Shown: in pieces, positions 7,765 through 17,074 of the stretch | How the letters are laid out: every line of letters starts with the position of its first letter | Position numbering within the stretch: the first letter of the stretch is position 1 | From: Candidatus Krumholzibacteriota bacterium | GTDB taxonomy: Bacteria > Krumholzibacteriota > Krumholzibacteriia > LZORAL124-64-63 | Reading direction: 5' to 3' | DNA: 20,292 nucleotides | Assembly: GCA_039714075.1 (NCBI GenBank) | Contig: JBDLKA010000064.1 | Location: 1 to 20,292, forward strand | The notes under the pieces: model-generated | Told to the model about the DNA's origin: nothing | What the model saw: only the letters and a program-made list of their open reading frames with translations | Databases searched by the model: none | Made by a program: the position numbers and the translations under genes

Positions 7765-8261
7765 TAGCGGCCCAACTCCTGCAAGTAATCACGGACCTGG
7801 TCCACGGCCTCGGCGGGGGTGGACGCCAGCGACCACTTGGCGCCATCGGCGCCGGCGTTGAGAAAGGCCTCACCGGGATCGAAATCCAGCAACACCACCG
7901 GCCGGCCGAAACGCAGGGCCATCGCGATCTCGCTCAGGGTCCCGCCGTTGCCGCGGCAGGCGACCACCACGTCGCTGGAAAAAACGTTGATGATGTTGCG
8001 GGCCGCCCCCATCCCCGTGGGAATCACGATATCCAGGCCCTCGGCGGCATTTTCGCGGTCCTCGTCATAAAGAACCCCGACCGTCAGACCACCCGCTTCG
8101 TGGGCGCCGGTCACCGACGCCTGCATGACCCCCGTGGACCGTCCGCCGGAAACCAGCACCCAGCCGTGTTCCGCGATCAGGCGGCCCATTTCCCGGGCGG
8201 CGGCGGCGGTGCGTTCATCTGCCGAGCAACCGCCCATGACCCCCACCGTCGTTCTGCGCAT
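7764..8261 (-). CDS. TIGR00725 / LOG-like Rossmann-fold nucleotide-binding protein
   Basis: VGVMGG, GWVLVSGG..GVMQA...GAHEAGGLTVGVL, IPTGMGAARNIINV, GGTLSEIAMAL. Confidence 0.88.
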   Translation of the reverse strand: MRRTTVGVMGGCSADERTAAAAREMGRLIAEHGWVLVSGGRSTGVMQASVTGAHEAGGLTVGVLYDEDRENAAEGLDIVIPTGMGAARNIINVFSSDVVVACRGNGGTLSEIAMALRFGRPVVLLDFDPGEAFLNAGADGAKWSLASTPAEAVDQVRDYLQELGR

Positions 8262-8262
8262 A

Positions 8263-8997
8263 TCAGAATCCTCCTTCGCGAATCTGGCCGGGATCCGGAA
8301 GGATCTGTTCCAGCTTGGAAGTGTCCACCTGGGGATGGAATTCCCCTGAGGGTACGAATTCGAAATCGACTTTGGTCGCCCCCAAACCCTGGGCGAGCAT
8401 GGTCAGGGTCCGTGCCGCAGACCTCTGCGCCTCACCGGTGGCCTTGCGCACCAGATCCCCCGCGTAGTTGCTGGTCTGGACCCGGGTCTCGCTGATGAGC
8501 TTGTTCTTGGCCTCCACGCTGAACCCGCCGGTGAAAACCCGATCCACCACCTCGGGCATCAGCCAGGGCAGCAGCTTGGTCTTGTCCTCGCTGTGGATCT
8601 GCATGTCGCGGATCAGGACGTCGTGCCGGCAGGGCGGCAGGATCACGTTGAACTCGCCTTCGCCCTGGCGCTGCACCTGGAACTGGGGATCGTCCAGGTC
8701 GTAGCGGAAATCGATATCGAACTCGATGACCAGGGTGATCCGCTGTTCGGACAGCAGCCAGTTCAGGTACTTCTTGCCGAATTCCCCGAACCAGTGCTCG
8801 CTGGCGGTGATCACTTCCTTGGTCATGATCCTGAAGACACTGAGTTCGCCCACGGCCTTCATGCTGGTGATGAAGCTTTCGTGGGTCACGACCGCGGGCG
8901 CCTTGCCGCCGCGGCCGCGCCGCGCGAATTTCCAGACGCCCCAACCGACCAGCGCGACGACCAGGCCGCCGAAAAATCCGATGAACAGGTAATCCAC
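8263..8997 (-). CDS. DUF4230-like membrane-anchored protein
   Basis: Start moved to GTG 8997 (GGAG RBS 8 nt upstream); N-terminal TM helix, then IxSMKAVGELSV...IDFRYDL...VILPP pattern and a helical C-terminus. Confidence 0.65.
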   Translation of the reverse strand: MDYLFIGFFGGLVVALVGWGVWKFARRGRGGKAPAVVTHESFITSMKAVGELSVFRIMTKEVITASEHWFGEFGKKYLNWLLSEQRITLVIEFDIDFRYDLDDPQFQVQRQGEGEFNVILPPCRHDVLIRDMQIHSEDKTKLLPWLMPEVVDRVFTGGFSVEAKNKLISETRVQTSNYAGDLVRKATGEAQRSAARTLTMLAQGLGATKVDFEFVPSGEFHPQVDTSKLEQILPDPGQIREGGF

Positions 8998-9109
8998 TTC
9001 CAGATCTCCAAGGTTGATGAAATCTTGCCGGACCCAACATCTTGCCAAGCCCAGCATGGCAAATCACCGCCGGGCGATCAAGAAGCGATCGTCCGGGGGT
9101 GCCCCCGAC

Positions 9110-10294
9110 CTACTTGCGCCCACCACCCCGCCGCAGCATGGGACCGAATTTACCGTGGACCTGGTCCATGATACGGTCCAGTTTCCGGTCCCGATCCCGG
9201 TCGCGGTCGGGAAACAGCTCCGCCTGCCCCTCGCCCGGCCGCACCAGGTTCGACGCCGTCACCCCGACAAGACGCAGCGACCGGCCCCGGCGCCCCAGCT
9301 TGACGGCCAGCAGACCGCGGGCGGAGTCCCTGATATCCACACTCGAATCACTGGGTTGGAACAGGGTTTCGCTGCGCGTATGGGTCGTGAAATCGGGGTA
9401 GCGGGCCTTGAGAGTCACCGTACGGGCCAGGAATCCGTGGGACCGCAGGCGGCGGGCCACCTTGGCCGCCAAGTGGTCCAGGATGTCCTGCAGATGGTCC
9501 GCGTCGCCGATATCCTCCCGGAACGTGGTCTCGTTGCCGATGGATTTCGCTTCGTGCACCGGGACGACGGGCCGCTCGTCATGGCCGACCGCCAGTTCCA
9601 GAAGGTGGGCGGCGTGGTCGCCGAACTGTTCGACCAGAAGTTCGGGCGGGATGGCCAGCATGTCCCCCACCTTGCGGATGCCGAACCGGTGCATCTGCTT
9701 CTCGGCGACCTTCCCCACACCCCAGAGCTTGCCGATGGGCAGGGACGCCAACAGGTCGCGGGCCCGGTCCGGAGAAATGACGACGAAACCGTCGGGTTTC
9801 TCCAGGTCGCTGGCCAGCTTGGCCAGGAACTTGTTGGCTGCCAGGCCCACCGAGGCGACCAGCCCGACCTCCCGGAGGATCCGCTCCTTGATCGTCCGGC
9901 CTACTTCTTCCGCCGAACCGAACAGGCGGCGGCAGCCGGTCACGTCCAGAAAGGCCTCGTCGATGGACAGGGGTTCGACCAGGGGCGTGTAGTCATCGAA
10001 GATGGCGAAGACCTGCTGGGAGATTTCGGCGTAACGGTCCATGCGGCCGCGCAGAAAAACGCCGTCGGGACACAGCCTGACGGCCCGGGCGGCGCTCATG
10101 GCGCTGTGAACCCCGTACCGGCGGGCTTCGTAACTGGCAGCCGCGACCACGCCCCGTCCTTCGGGAGTTCCTCCCACCATGACGGGTTTGCCCTTCAGGG
10201 AGGGATCATCCAACACCTCGACCGAAGCATAGAACGCGTCCATGTCTATGTGCAGGATGGCCCGGTCCGGAAACATGGAATTGCTGGTCGTCAT
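9110..10294 (-). CDS. dinB: DNA polymerase IV (Y-family)
   Basis: ILHIDMDAFYASVE, RGVVAAASYEARRYGVHSAM, EPLSIDEAFLDV, NKFLAKLASDLEKPDG, LWGVG, KSIGNETTF, LRLVGV. Confidence 0.96.
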   Translation of the reverse strand: MTTSNSMFPDRAILHIDMDAFYASVEVLDDPSLKGKPVMVGGTPEGRGVVAAASYEARRYGVHSAMSAARAVRLCPDGVFLRGRMDRYAEISQQVFAIFDDYTPLVEPLSIDEAFLDVTGCRRLFGSAEEVGRTIKERILREVGLVASVGLAANKFLAKLASDLEKPDGFVVISPDRARDLLASLPIGKLWGVGKVAEKQMHRFGIRKVGDMLAIPPELLVEQFGDHAAHLLELAVGHDERPVVPVHEAKSIGNETTFREDIGDADHLQDILDHLAAKVARRLRSHGFLARTVTLKARYPDFTTHTRSETLFQPSDSSVDIRDSARGLLAVKLGRRGRSLRLVGVTASNLVRPGEGQAELFPDRDRDRDRKLDRIMDQVHGKFGPMLRRGGGRK

Positions 10295-10365
10295 GGCCTT
10301 TCCGGGGGTTGGGTGCTATGGTGGAGCCCGACAGCGATCCGGTCACCTCTTGCGGGGAAGGTAAC

Positions 10366-11163
10366 ATGGATATCCGTCTTTCCGCCATCCACCTCTATCC
10401 GGTCAAAGGCATCCGCGGTGTGTCCGTGGCGGCGGCCCAGGTGGAACGCGCCGGTCTGCGGCACGATCGGCGCTGGATCATCGTTGACGAGCGGGGAAAA
10501 TTCATCAGCCAACGGACCCATCCCCGGTTGGCCCTCATCAGCGGCAATTTCGACGGGGACAGACTTGAATTGGCCGGCCCGGGCCGGGAACCTTTCCAGC
10601 TTAAGGTGCCCGCGGGAAACCACCGTGCCGAGGTAACGGTGTGGAACGACAGGGTCGATGCCGCGGTCGCCGGGCCCCAGGCCGACCGCTGGTTGTCCGC
10701 CTTCCTGGACCAACCCTGCCGTCTGGCCTATCTGGATGACGCCGCGGCCAGGCCCATCACCTCGGCCGCCGGCCGGCCGGCCGAAACCGTGAGTTTTGCC
10801 GACGGTTATCCCTGCCTGCTGACCTCCACCGCTTCGGTGACCGATCTCAACGGCCGCCTGGACGACCCCGTGCCCATGGACCGGTTCCGGCCGAATCTGG
10901 TGGTCACGGGGACCGACGCCTTCGCCGAGGACTCCTGGGCCAAGGTTGCCATCGGGGAGGCCGTCTTCCGTGTCGCGGGTCCCTGCAGCAGGTGCGGGGT
11001 CACCACTGTGGACCAGGCCACGGGGGAACGCGCCTCGGAAGAGCCCCTGCGCACCCTGGCCACCTACCGTCAAACAGCCAAGGGGATCGAATTCGGGATC
11101 AACCTTGTCCCCGAACGGGAAGGGACCATTTCCGTCGGGGACGAGGTCAGGGTGGAGGAATAG
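10366..11163 (+). CDS. MOSC-domain protein (YcbX/mARC-like, N-terminal beta-barrel plus MOSC)
   Basis: Start ATG 10366 after GGGGAAGG; IHLYPVKG, GLRHDRRW, FISQRTHPRLALI, SFADGYP, MDRFRPNLVV, FAEDSW, PCSRC. Confidence 0.92.
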   Translation: MDIRLSAIHLYPVKGIRGVSVAAAQVERAGLRHDRRWIIVDERGKFISQRTHPRLALISGNFDGDRLELAGPGREPFQLKVPAGNHRAEVTVWNDRVDAAVAGPQADRWLSAFLDQPCRLAYLDDAAARPITSAAGRPAETVSFADGYPCLLTSTASVTDLNGRLDDPVPMDRFRPNLVVTGTDAFAEDSWAKVAIGEAVFRVAGPCSRCGVTTVDQATGERASEEPLRTLATYRQTAKGIEFGINLVPEREGTISVGDEVRVEE

Positions 11164-11444
11164 GTGACCGGGGACCGGATTCGTGGTAGTTTCGGGCCAA
11201 ACCAGGATGTATTTCGTCTTTTTTATTCCGATTCAAGGATAGTGTAAGGTGTTGTCATTTTTAATTTTAAACCCATCTGGTGAACCTCATTTTTTTCTGG
11301 ACTTTACCCTGGACCCCACTAACTTTCAATTAGTCTACAAACATCGCAACTATGAAATTACTGGGTGTCACTTGGGTCACCCGACGGCTGGAAAAACAGC
11401 CTGATTCCTGACGGGAACCCGAAACCGCCGAAAGGTGCCCGACG

Positions 11445-11945
11445 ATGAAACGCCTCTTCACCTTCGTATTCATCACGGCCGTCCTGTGGCTCATGTGGCT
11501 GGCCTTCGCCGGCAGCCTGGACCCCCAGGAAATGATCGCCGGCGCGTTGGTCGCGGTCATGGTGACCCTGCTGCGCAGCGGCGGTCCCTGCCTGCTGGGC
11601 GGACCGGAAATTTTGCATCCCCGGCGGGTCCTCTACGCCCTGCTCTACCTGCCGTTCATGGTCTGGTCCATCATCATGGCCAACCTGGACGTCGCCCGGC
11701 GCATTCTCAGCCCCCGGCTGGCCATCAACCCGGGGATCGTCAAGGTCAAGACGCGCCTGCAAAGCCCCGTCGGCCGCATGATTCTGGCCAACAGCATCAC
11801 CCTGACGCCCGGCACCCTGTCCGTGGATATCGCCGGCGACGACATGTACATCCACTGGGTGGATGTGGAATCGCGCGACGCGGAAGCCGCTTCGCAGAAA
11901 ATCGCGGCCGGTTTCGAGAAGTATCTGGAGGTCATCTTTGGTTGA
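11445..11945 (+). CDS. mnhE: Na+/H+ antiporter subunit E (MnhE/MrpE; MbxA-like)
   Basis: IIMANLDVARRILSPRLAINPGIV, LANSITLTPGTLSVDI, YIHW. Confidence 0.93.
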   Translation: MKRLFTFVFITAVLWLMWLAFAGSLDPQEMIAGALVAVMVTLLRSGGPCLLGGPEILHPRRVLYALLYLPFMVWSIIMANLDVARRILSPRLAINPGIVKVKTRLQSPVGRMILANSITLTPGTLSVDIAGDDMYIHWVDVESRDAEAASQKIAAGFEKYLEVIFG

Positions 11946-12198
11946 TCTGATTCTTAAAGCCGCCCTCGTCTTCGCGGGATCCGGAGTGGCCCTGGCCACC
12001 GTCCAGCTCCTGCGTGGACCGGACGCCCCCAACCGGGCCGTGGCCCTCGACGTGCTGACCCTGATCACCATGCCCCTGCTGGTGGGATCGGCCATCTTCA
12101 CGGGCCGGATCATCTATCTCGACGTGGCGCTGGTCTACGCCGTCCTGGCTTTCCTGGGCGTCGTGGCCCTGGCCCGCTACTACGATCGGGGGATCTGA
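11938..12198 (+). CDS. mnhF: Na+/H+ antiporter subunit F (MnhF/MrpF; MbxB-like)
   Basis: TTG start 11938 after GGAGG, overlapping the mnhE stop; LLRGPDAPNRAVALD, YLDVALVYAVLAFLGVVALARY. Confidence 0.9.
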   Translation: MVDLILKAALVFAGSGVALATVQLLRGPDAPNRAVALDVLTLITMPLLVGSAIFTGRIIYLDVALVYAVLAFLGVVALARYYDRGI

Positions 12199-12199
12199 C

Positions 12200-12595
12200 A
12201 TGACCCTGAACGACACGCCCCTGAACCTGATCGGCGCGGTGCTGACCCTGGCCGGCTCGATGTTCCTGTTCCTCGGGGCCCTGGGCATTTTCCGGATGCC
12301 CGACCTCTACAACAGGATGCAGGCCGGCACCAAGGCCACCACCCTGGGCAACATGCTGACCCTGGCGGGCCTGGGTCTGCTGGCCCCCGGCTGGCTGCCC
12401 AAGATCGTGTTGATCATTCTTTTTGTCCTGATCACCAACCCCATCAGCAGCCACGCCCTGGCCCGGGCCGCCCACAAGTCGGGCCTGCCCCTGGCCGCCG
12501 GGTCGGTCCTGGACCAGCTGCGCGAGGACGAGGACGCCGTGGCCGCGCTTGAAGCCGAGGGCCGCGCTTCTTCCGCGACGGAGGTGGACCAATGA
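12200..12595 (+). CDS. mnhG: Na+/H+ antiporter subunit G (MnhG/MrpG; MbxC-like)
   Basis: GALGIFRMPDLYNRMQAGTKATTLG, TNPISSHALARAA. Confidence 0.93.
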   Translation: MTLNDTPLNLIGAVLTLAGSMFLFLGALGIFRMPDLYNRMQAGTKATTLGNMLTLAGLGLLAPGWLPKIVLIILFVLITNPISSHALARAAHKSGLPLAAGSVLDQLREDEDAVAALEAEGRASSATEVDQ

Positions 12596-12831
12596 TCTAT
12601 CTCGACCTTTTGATCTGTCTGGTAACGGTTCTGGCCGCCGTGGGCGCCATGCGCAGCCGCAACCTGGTGTCCGCCGCAGTGATGGTGGGCGCGGTCAGCC
12701 TGATGGTCAGCTACCTGTTTGTGCGCATGAGCGCGCCGGACGTGGCCATGACCGAGGCGGCCATCGGCGCGGGCCTGAGCACCCTGATCTTTTTGATCGC
12801 CATCCGCCGCACCGGGGAGGACGAAGGATGA
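12592..12831 (+). CDS. DUF4040 / MbhD-like small subunit (MrpA C-terminal fragment)
   Basis: APDVAMTEAAIGAGLST motif; three TM helices; ATGA overlaps at both ends. Confidence 0.88.
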   Translation: MIYLDLLICLVTVLAAVGAMRSRNLVSAAVMVGAVSLMVSYLFVRMSAPDVAMTEAAIGAGLSTLIFLIAIRRTGEDEG

Positions 12832-13541
12832 AACAGATTTTTTCCCTGGTCCTGCTGGTGATCATGGGCGTCATGCTCTGGTCCCTGATTCCGCTGGGCC
12901 AGCCGACCGAACCGGGCGAGGTGGCGGAGCACTATATCCGGCACGGCATCGAAGAGAACCGCGGGGCCAACCTGGTGACCAGCGTGATCGTCAACTACCG
13001 GGGTTTCGACACCCTGGGCGAGGTGACGGTCCTGTTCCTGTCGGTTGCCGGCGCGGGCTTCGTCCTGCGTCGCCGTGAGGGCCTGGCGCCGCTGACGGCC
13101 CGCCCCTCGAGCGAGATCCTTCAGACGGGCGCCCGCATGCTGTTCGCGCCCCTGATAGTGTTCGGAGCCTACATCTTCGTCCACGGCCACCTGTCCCCCG
13201 GGGGCGGTTTCCAGGGCGGGGCCGTCGTGGCCTCGGCCGTGATGCTGCTCCTGCTGGCGGACCGCGACCACCGTCTGCCCCACGGCTTCATGTCCTGGCT
13301 GGAATCGGCCGCGGGATTCGGCTACGTGCTGACGGGCCTGGCGGGACTCATGGTGGCGGGCTCGTTCCTGTCCAACCAGGGCGTCCTTCCCCTGGGAACC
13401 TGGAACCGGCTGTTCTCCGGCGGCGTGATCCCCGTCATCTACATCCTGGTCGGCCTGAAGGTCGGCACCGAGCTGAGCGTTCTGCTGGAAACCATGATGA
13501 ACTCGGGCCGACCGGCCGACACCACGGGAGGCGAGCATTGA
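12828..13541 (+). CDS. mnhB: Na+/H+ antiporter subunit B (MnhB; MbhE+MbhF-type fusion)
   Basis: True start ATG 12828 (MKQIFSLV); NLVTSVIVNYRGFDTLGE and HGHLSPGGGFQGG motifs. Confidence 0.9.
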   Translation: MKQIFSLVLLVIMGVMLWSLIPLGQPTEPGEVAEHYIRHGIEENRGANLVTSVIVNYRGFDTLGEVTVLFLSVAGAGFVLRRREGLAPLTARPSSEILQTGARMLFAPLIVFGAYIFVHGHLSPGGGFQGGAVVASAVMLLLLADRDHRLPHGFMSWLESAAGFGYVLTGLAGLMVAGSFLSNQGVLPLGTWNRLFSGGVIPVIYILVGLKVGTELSVLLETMMNSGRPADTTGGEH

Positions 13542-13906
13542 ACACCCTGACTCCCGCCACCCTGTATCTGGCCACGGCCATCGCCCTGATCCTCATCGGG
13601 TTCGCGGGACTTCTGGTCCGCCGCAACATCCTGAAGATGGTCCTGGGTTTCGCCCTGGTCGACACGGGCATCCACCTGCTCATCGCCACGTTGGGCAGCA
13701 ATCCCGGAAAGGCGGCGCCCATCCTGGACTCCGCCGAACTGGCCGCCGATCCCGGCCTGGTCGTCGATCCGGTGCCCCAGGCGCTGGTGCTGACCGCCAT
13801 CGTCATCGGCCTGGGCGTGACCGCCCTGATGCTGGCCTACGTGGTCCGCCTCTTCGCGCTGAAAAAGACCCTGGACGTGAGTGAATTCGGGAGGCTGAAG
13901 TGGTAA
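13538..13906 (+). CDS. mnhC: Na+/H+ antiporter subunit C (MnhC/MrpC, NuoK-like)
   Basis: RRNILKMVLG, DPVPQALVLTAIVIGLGVTA. Confidence 0.93.
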   Translation: MNTLTPATLYLATAIALILIGFAGLLVRRNILKMVLGFALVDTGIHLLIATLGSNPGKAAPILDSAELAADPGLVVDPVPQALVLTAIVIGLGVTALMLAYVVRLFALKKTLDVSEFGRLKW

Positions 13907-16900
13907 ACCCCGTTCTTCTTGTCGCCGTACCGTTGGCCGCGGCCTTTCTGCTGCCTTTGTTCGGCAAGGTCGGCCGCGCGGCCGCCCGGACGGCCCAGGT
14001 CTTGACCATCGTCTTCACGGCCGCCGTTTCGGTGTCCTGGATCGTGGCCTTCGCCTCGGGCGCGGCCCCCGAACCCCTGAACATCCTGACCGGCGGTTAC
14101 GACGGCCCGATAGGCATCAATCTGCACTACGGCCTGCCCGAGGCGATATTCTGCCTGCTGGCTTCGCTGACCACCCTGGCCGGTTCCCTGTACCTGGGCG
14201 CCCGCGAGGACGCCGCCACGGTCGGGCGCAGCGGCCTGCTGCAACTGCTGATCATGGTCGGCGCCTTCGGCCTGATCATGACCCGCGACCTGTTCAACCT
14301 CTTCGTCTTCCTGGAAATCGCCTCCATCGGCACCTATGCCCTGGTCGCCTTCGGCAAAGAGGAAAAGGCCCTCGAGGCCGGTTTCAAGTACATGCTGATC
14401 GGCGCCGCGGCCAGCGCCTTCCTGCTGATCGGCATCGCCTTCCTGTACAAGATGACCGGCACGTTGAACATCGACGACATGGCCGGCAAGATGCCGGCCG
14501 CCGCCACCGCGGGTCTGGCCACGGTCATGCTGTTCCTGCTGGCGGGCATGGCCATCGAATTGAAGCTGCTGCCGGTCAACGGCCCCGCGCTGGACCTCTA
14601 CGACGGCGCCGAACCCGGCGTGATGGCCCTGCTGGTCGGCACCACCGTCAACGGCGTCCTGTTCGCCTTCTGGAAGATGAGCAGCCTTTTCCCCGGCTCC
14701 TGGGACACGGCCATCATGGCCCTGGGCATGATCACCTTCGTGGGCAGCAACCTGCTGGCCACCGGCCAGGACCGCCCCCGGCGGATGCTCGGTTACAGTT
14801 CCAGCGGCCAGATCGGGCTGGTCGTCTTTTTGATTCCCCTGATCCGCCTCGATGTCGTGCCCTTGGCCGCCGCCGGGCTGCTGTTGATCAACCACACCCT
14901 GGCCAAGACCGGCCTGCTCTGGTTGGCCGGATGCATCACCGGTGACGGCCGCAAGGACTGGCTGGGCGCCTTCCGGGGCAGCGTGGCCGGCCGCACGGCC
15001 TTGATCGTCTTCATCCTGGCCATCGTCGGTCTGCCGCCCTTCCCCGGCTTCTGGGGCAAGTGGCAGGCCCTGTCCGGCATGGCGGCAAACGGATTCGGCT
15101 GGTGGATCGTGCCCCTGCTGATCGGCTCGCTCCTGGAATTCGTCTACTACTTCGGCTGGTACCGCCGCGTGCAATCGTCCCGGCCGGACGAGGCCCCCAT
15201 GCCCGGTTCCCTCAGACCTCTGGCCGACCTGGCGGGCGTCGTACCCTTCGCCCTGGGCTCCCTCGTTTTCGGCCTGTGGACCCTGCGCCACCTCGCCGGA
15301 CCCCAGGACCAGGGTTGGCTGTTCCTGGCCGCCGCCGGCGCCGTCCTCATCATCGTGCGGCGCTTGCCCCAGACCATCCTTTCGGCCACGGTCCTGGGAG
15401 CCCTGGCCGTGGCGGGATGGGTATTGTTCACCGCCGGGTCGCTGGTCCCCTCCACGCCGGGCGGCCTTTTCCTGCTGATGGTCATGACCGGCGCCGTGGT
15501 CACCGCGCTGGCCGGACTGGGCCGGATCAACCGTCGGGACAGTTACCAGGGCCTGTTCCTGATCCTGGTCGCTTCACTGGTGATGCTGACCAGGGCCGAG
15601 TCCCTGCTCGCGTTTTTCGTGGCCTGGGAAGTGATGACCTGGGCAAGCTACCTGATCATCGGCTTCGGCCGCAACGGCGCCCGGGCCAGCCAACTCTATA
15701 TCGTCTTTTCCGGCGCCGCGGGCTTCCTGCTGCTCGGTGGCATGATGCTGGCCATCGGGGCCGGCCAGACGACCCTGACGGGTCTGGGATTCCTGACCGG
15801 CGGCGCCGCCGTCTGGGTCTGGGGCCTGCTGGTGGTCGGATTCCTGGTCAAGGCCGCGGCCTGGGGCGCCCACGTCTGGGCACCCGGCGCCTATTCCGAA
15901 TCCCCGGACCTGTTCACCCCGTTCCTGTCGGGCGTGATCAGCAAGATTCCCATGTTCGGCCTGGCCATGGCGGCCTTCCGCATCGGTGCGGGCAACCTGC
16001 CGGCGCTGGGCGCGACCCTGGATGCGACCTGGCTGTTGGCGGTGGTCGGCGGCGTGACCGCTTTCGGCATGACCCTGGTCGGCGTCTTCCAGGAAGACGC
16101 CAAGAAGCTGCTGGCCTACTCCTCGGTCGGCCAGGTGGGCTACATCGTCGTCGGCCTGGCGGTGCTGACGCCCCTGGGCTGGACCGCCGCCCTGTTCCAC
16201 GCCGTGCACCACCTGCTGTTCAAGGGGCTGTTGTTCCTGGCGATCGCCGGCGTGGTCATGCGCACCGGCACCCGCACCATGTACGAGATGGGCGGACTCA
16301 TCAAGAAGATGCCCATGAGCTTCATCTCCGTGCTGATCGGCATCATCGCCCTGTCCGGTGTCCCGCCCCTGGCGGGCTTCACGGGCAAGTGGCTGCTTTA
16401 CCAAGCCCTGCTTGAACGCGGCTGGCTCTTCATCCTGGTCCTGATGATGTTCGCCTCGGTGGTGGCCTTCGTCTACCTGTTCCGGCTGATCCACACCGTC
16501 TTCCTGGGCCAGCTCAAGACCGTCCACCAGACGGTGAAGGAAGCCCCCCTGCCCCTGGCCCTGGCCCAGGTGCTGCTCATCGGCGCCATCATGGCCCTGT
16601 CGGTCTATCCCCAGTTGCTGCTGCAACCGCTGGACACCCTGGTCACCGGCCAGTTCAACGCCGGCGCTTTGACCTTCGCCGAAGGCGGCGCGCTGGTGGC
16701 CGGAGCCGGCCAGTTCAACCCCGTGAACATGATGATCCTGGTGATCGTCCTGTTCGCGGTGATGGTCCTGCTGCTTCTGGTCCTGGGTCCGAAGACCCGC
16801 AAGGTGGGCCAGCTGGACATCGTCTACCAGGGCGAGATCCCGCCGCCGCCCGAAGAGCTGCATTACGCCTCGAGATTCGCCCAGCCCTACCGGCGGGCCT

Positions 16901-17070
16901 GGGAGCCCCTGCTGGTGCCCCGGGTCACGGCTTTCTGGGCCTCGCTGGCCGACAACACCCAGGGCGTCGTCGACGTGCTGCGCCGTGTGTATTCGGGCAA
17001 CGGCCAGACCTATGTCATGTATTCGGTCCTGATGGTGGTCGTTTTCCACCTGCTGGGACTCGGGAGGTAG
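13900..17070 (+). CDS. mnhD: Double proton-translocating antiporter-like subunit (two fused MrpD/NuoN-M-like modules; MbxH+H'-like), 1056 aa
   Basis: Module 1: TRDLFNLFVFLEIAS..ALEAGFKY..RRMLGYSSSGQ..GLPPFPGFWGKW. Module 2: LLAFFVAWEVM..VKAAAWGAHVWAPGAY..KKLLAYSSVGQ..GVPPLAGFTGKW. Confidence 0.88.
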   Translation: MVNPVLLVAVPLAAAFLLPLFGKVGRAAARTAQVLTIVFTAAVSVSWIVAFASGAAPEPLNILTGGYDGPIGINLHYGLPEAIFCLLASLTTLAGSLYLGAREDAATVGRSGLLQLLIMVGAFGLIMTRDLFNLFVFLEIASIGTYALVAFGKEEKALEAGFKYMLIGAAASAFLLIGIAFLYKMTGTLNIDDMAGKMPAAATAGLATVMLFLLAGMAIELKLLPVNGPALDLYDGAEPGVMALLVGTTVNGVLFAFWKMSSLFPGSWDTAIMALGMITFVGSNLLATGQDRPRRMLGYSSSGQIGLVVFLIPLIRLDVVPLAAAGLLLINHTLAKTGLLWLAGCITGDGRKDWLGAFRGSVAGRTALIVFILAIVGLPPFPGFWGKWQALSGMAANGFGWWIVPLLIGSLLEFVYYFGWYRRVQSSRPDEAPMPGSLRPLADLAGVVPFALGSLVFGLWTLRHLAGPQDQGWLFLAAAGAVLIIVRRLPQTILSATVLGALAVAGWVLFTAGSLVPSTPGGLFLLMVMTGAVVTALAGLGRINRRDSYQGLFLILVASLVMLTRAESLLAFFVAWEVMTWASYLIIGFGRNGARASQLYIVFSGAAGFLLLGGMMLAIGAGQTTLTGLGFLTGGAAVWVWGLLVVGFLVKAAAWGAHVWAPGAYSESPDLFTPFLSGVISKIPMFGLAMAAFRIGAGNLPALGATLDATWLLAVVGGVTAFGMTLVGVFQEDAKKLLAYSSVGQVGYIVVGLAVLTPLGWTAALFHAVHHLLFKGLLFLAIAGVVMRTGTRTMYEMGGLIKKMPMSFISVLIGIIALSGVPPLAGFTGKWLLYQALLERGWLFILVLMMFASVVAFVYLFRLIHTVFLGQLKTVHQTVKEAPLPLALAQVLLIGAIMALSVYPQLLLQPLDTLVTGQFNAGALTFAEGGALVAGAGQFNPVNMMILVIVLFAVMVLLLLVLGPKTRKVGQLDIVYQGEIPPPPEELHYASRFAQPYRRAWEPLLVPRVTAFWASLADNTQGVVDVLRRVYSGNGQTYVMYSVLMVVVFHLLGLGR

Positions 17071-17074
17071 AGAA

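Noticed and set aside
9180..9212. Short 6-nt periodic repeat near the dinB 3' end
   Set aside because: Only the degenerate coding of DRDRDRDRK; not a CRISPR or VNTR
10295..10365. LexA/SOS box upstream of dinB
   Set aside because: No CTGT-N8-ACAG, GAAC-N4-GTTC or GTTC-N7-GTTC pattern is visible in the 71-bp divergent gap
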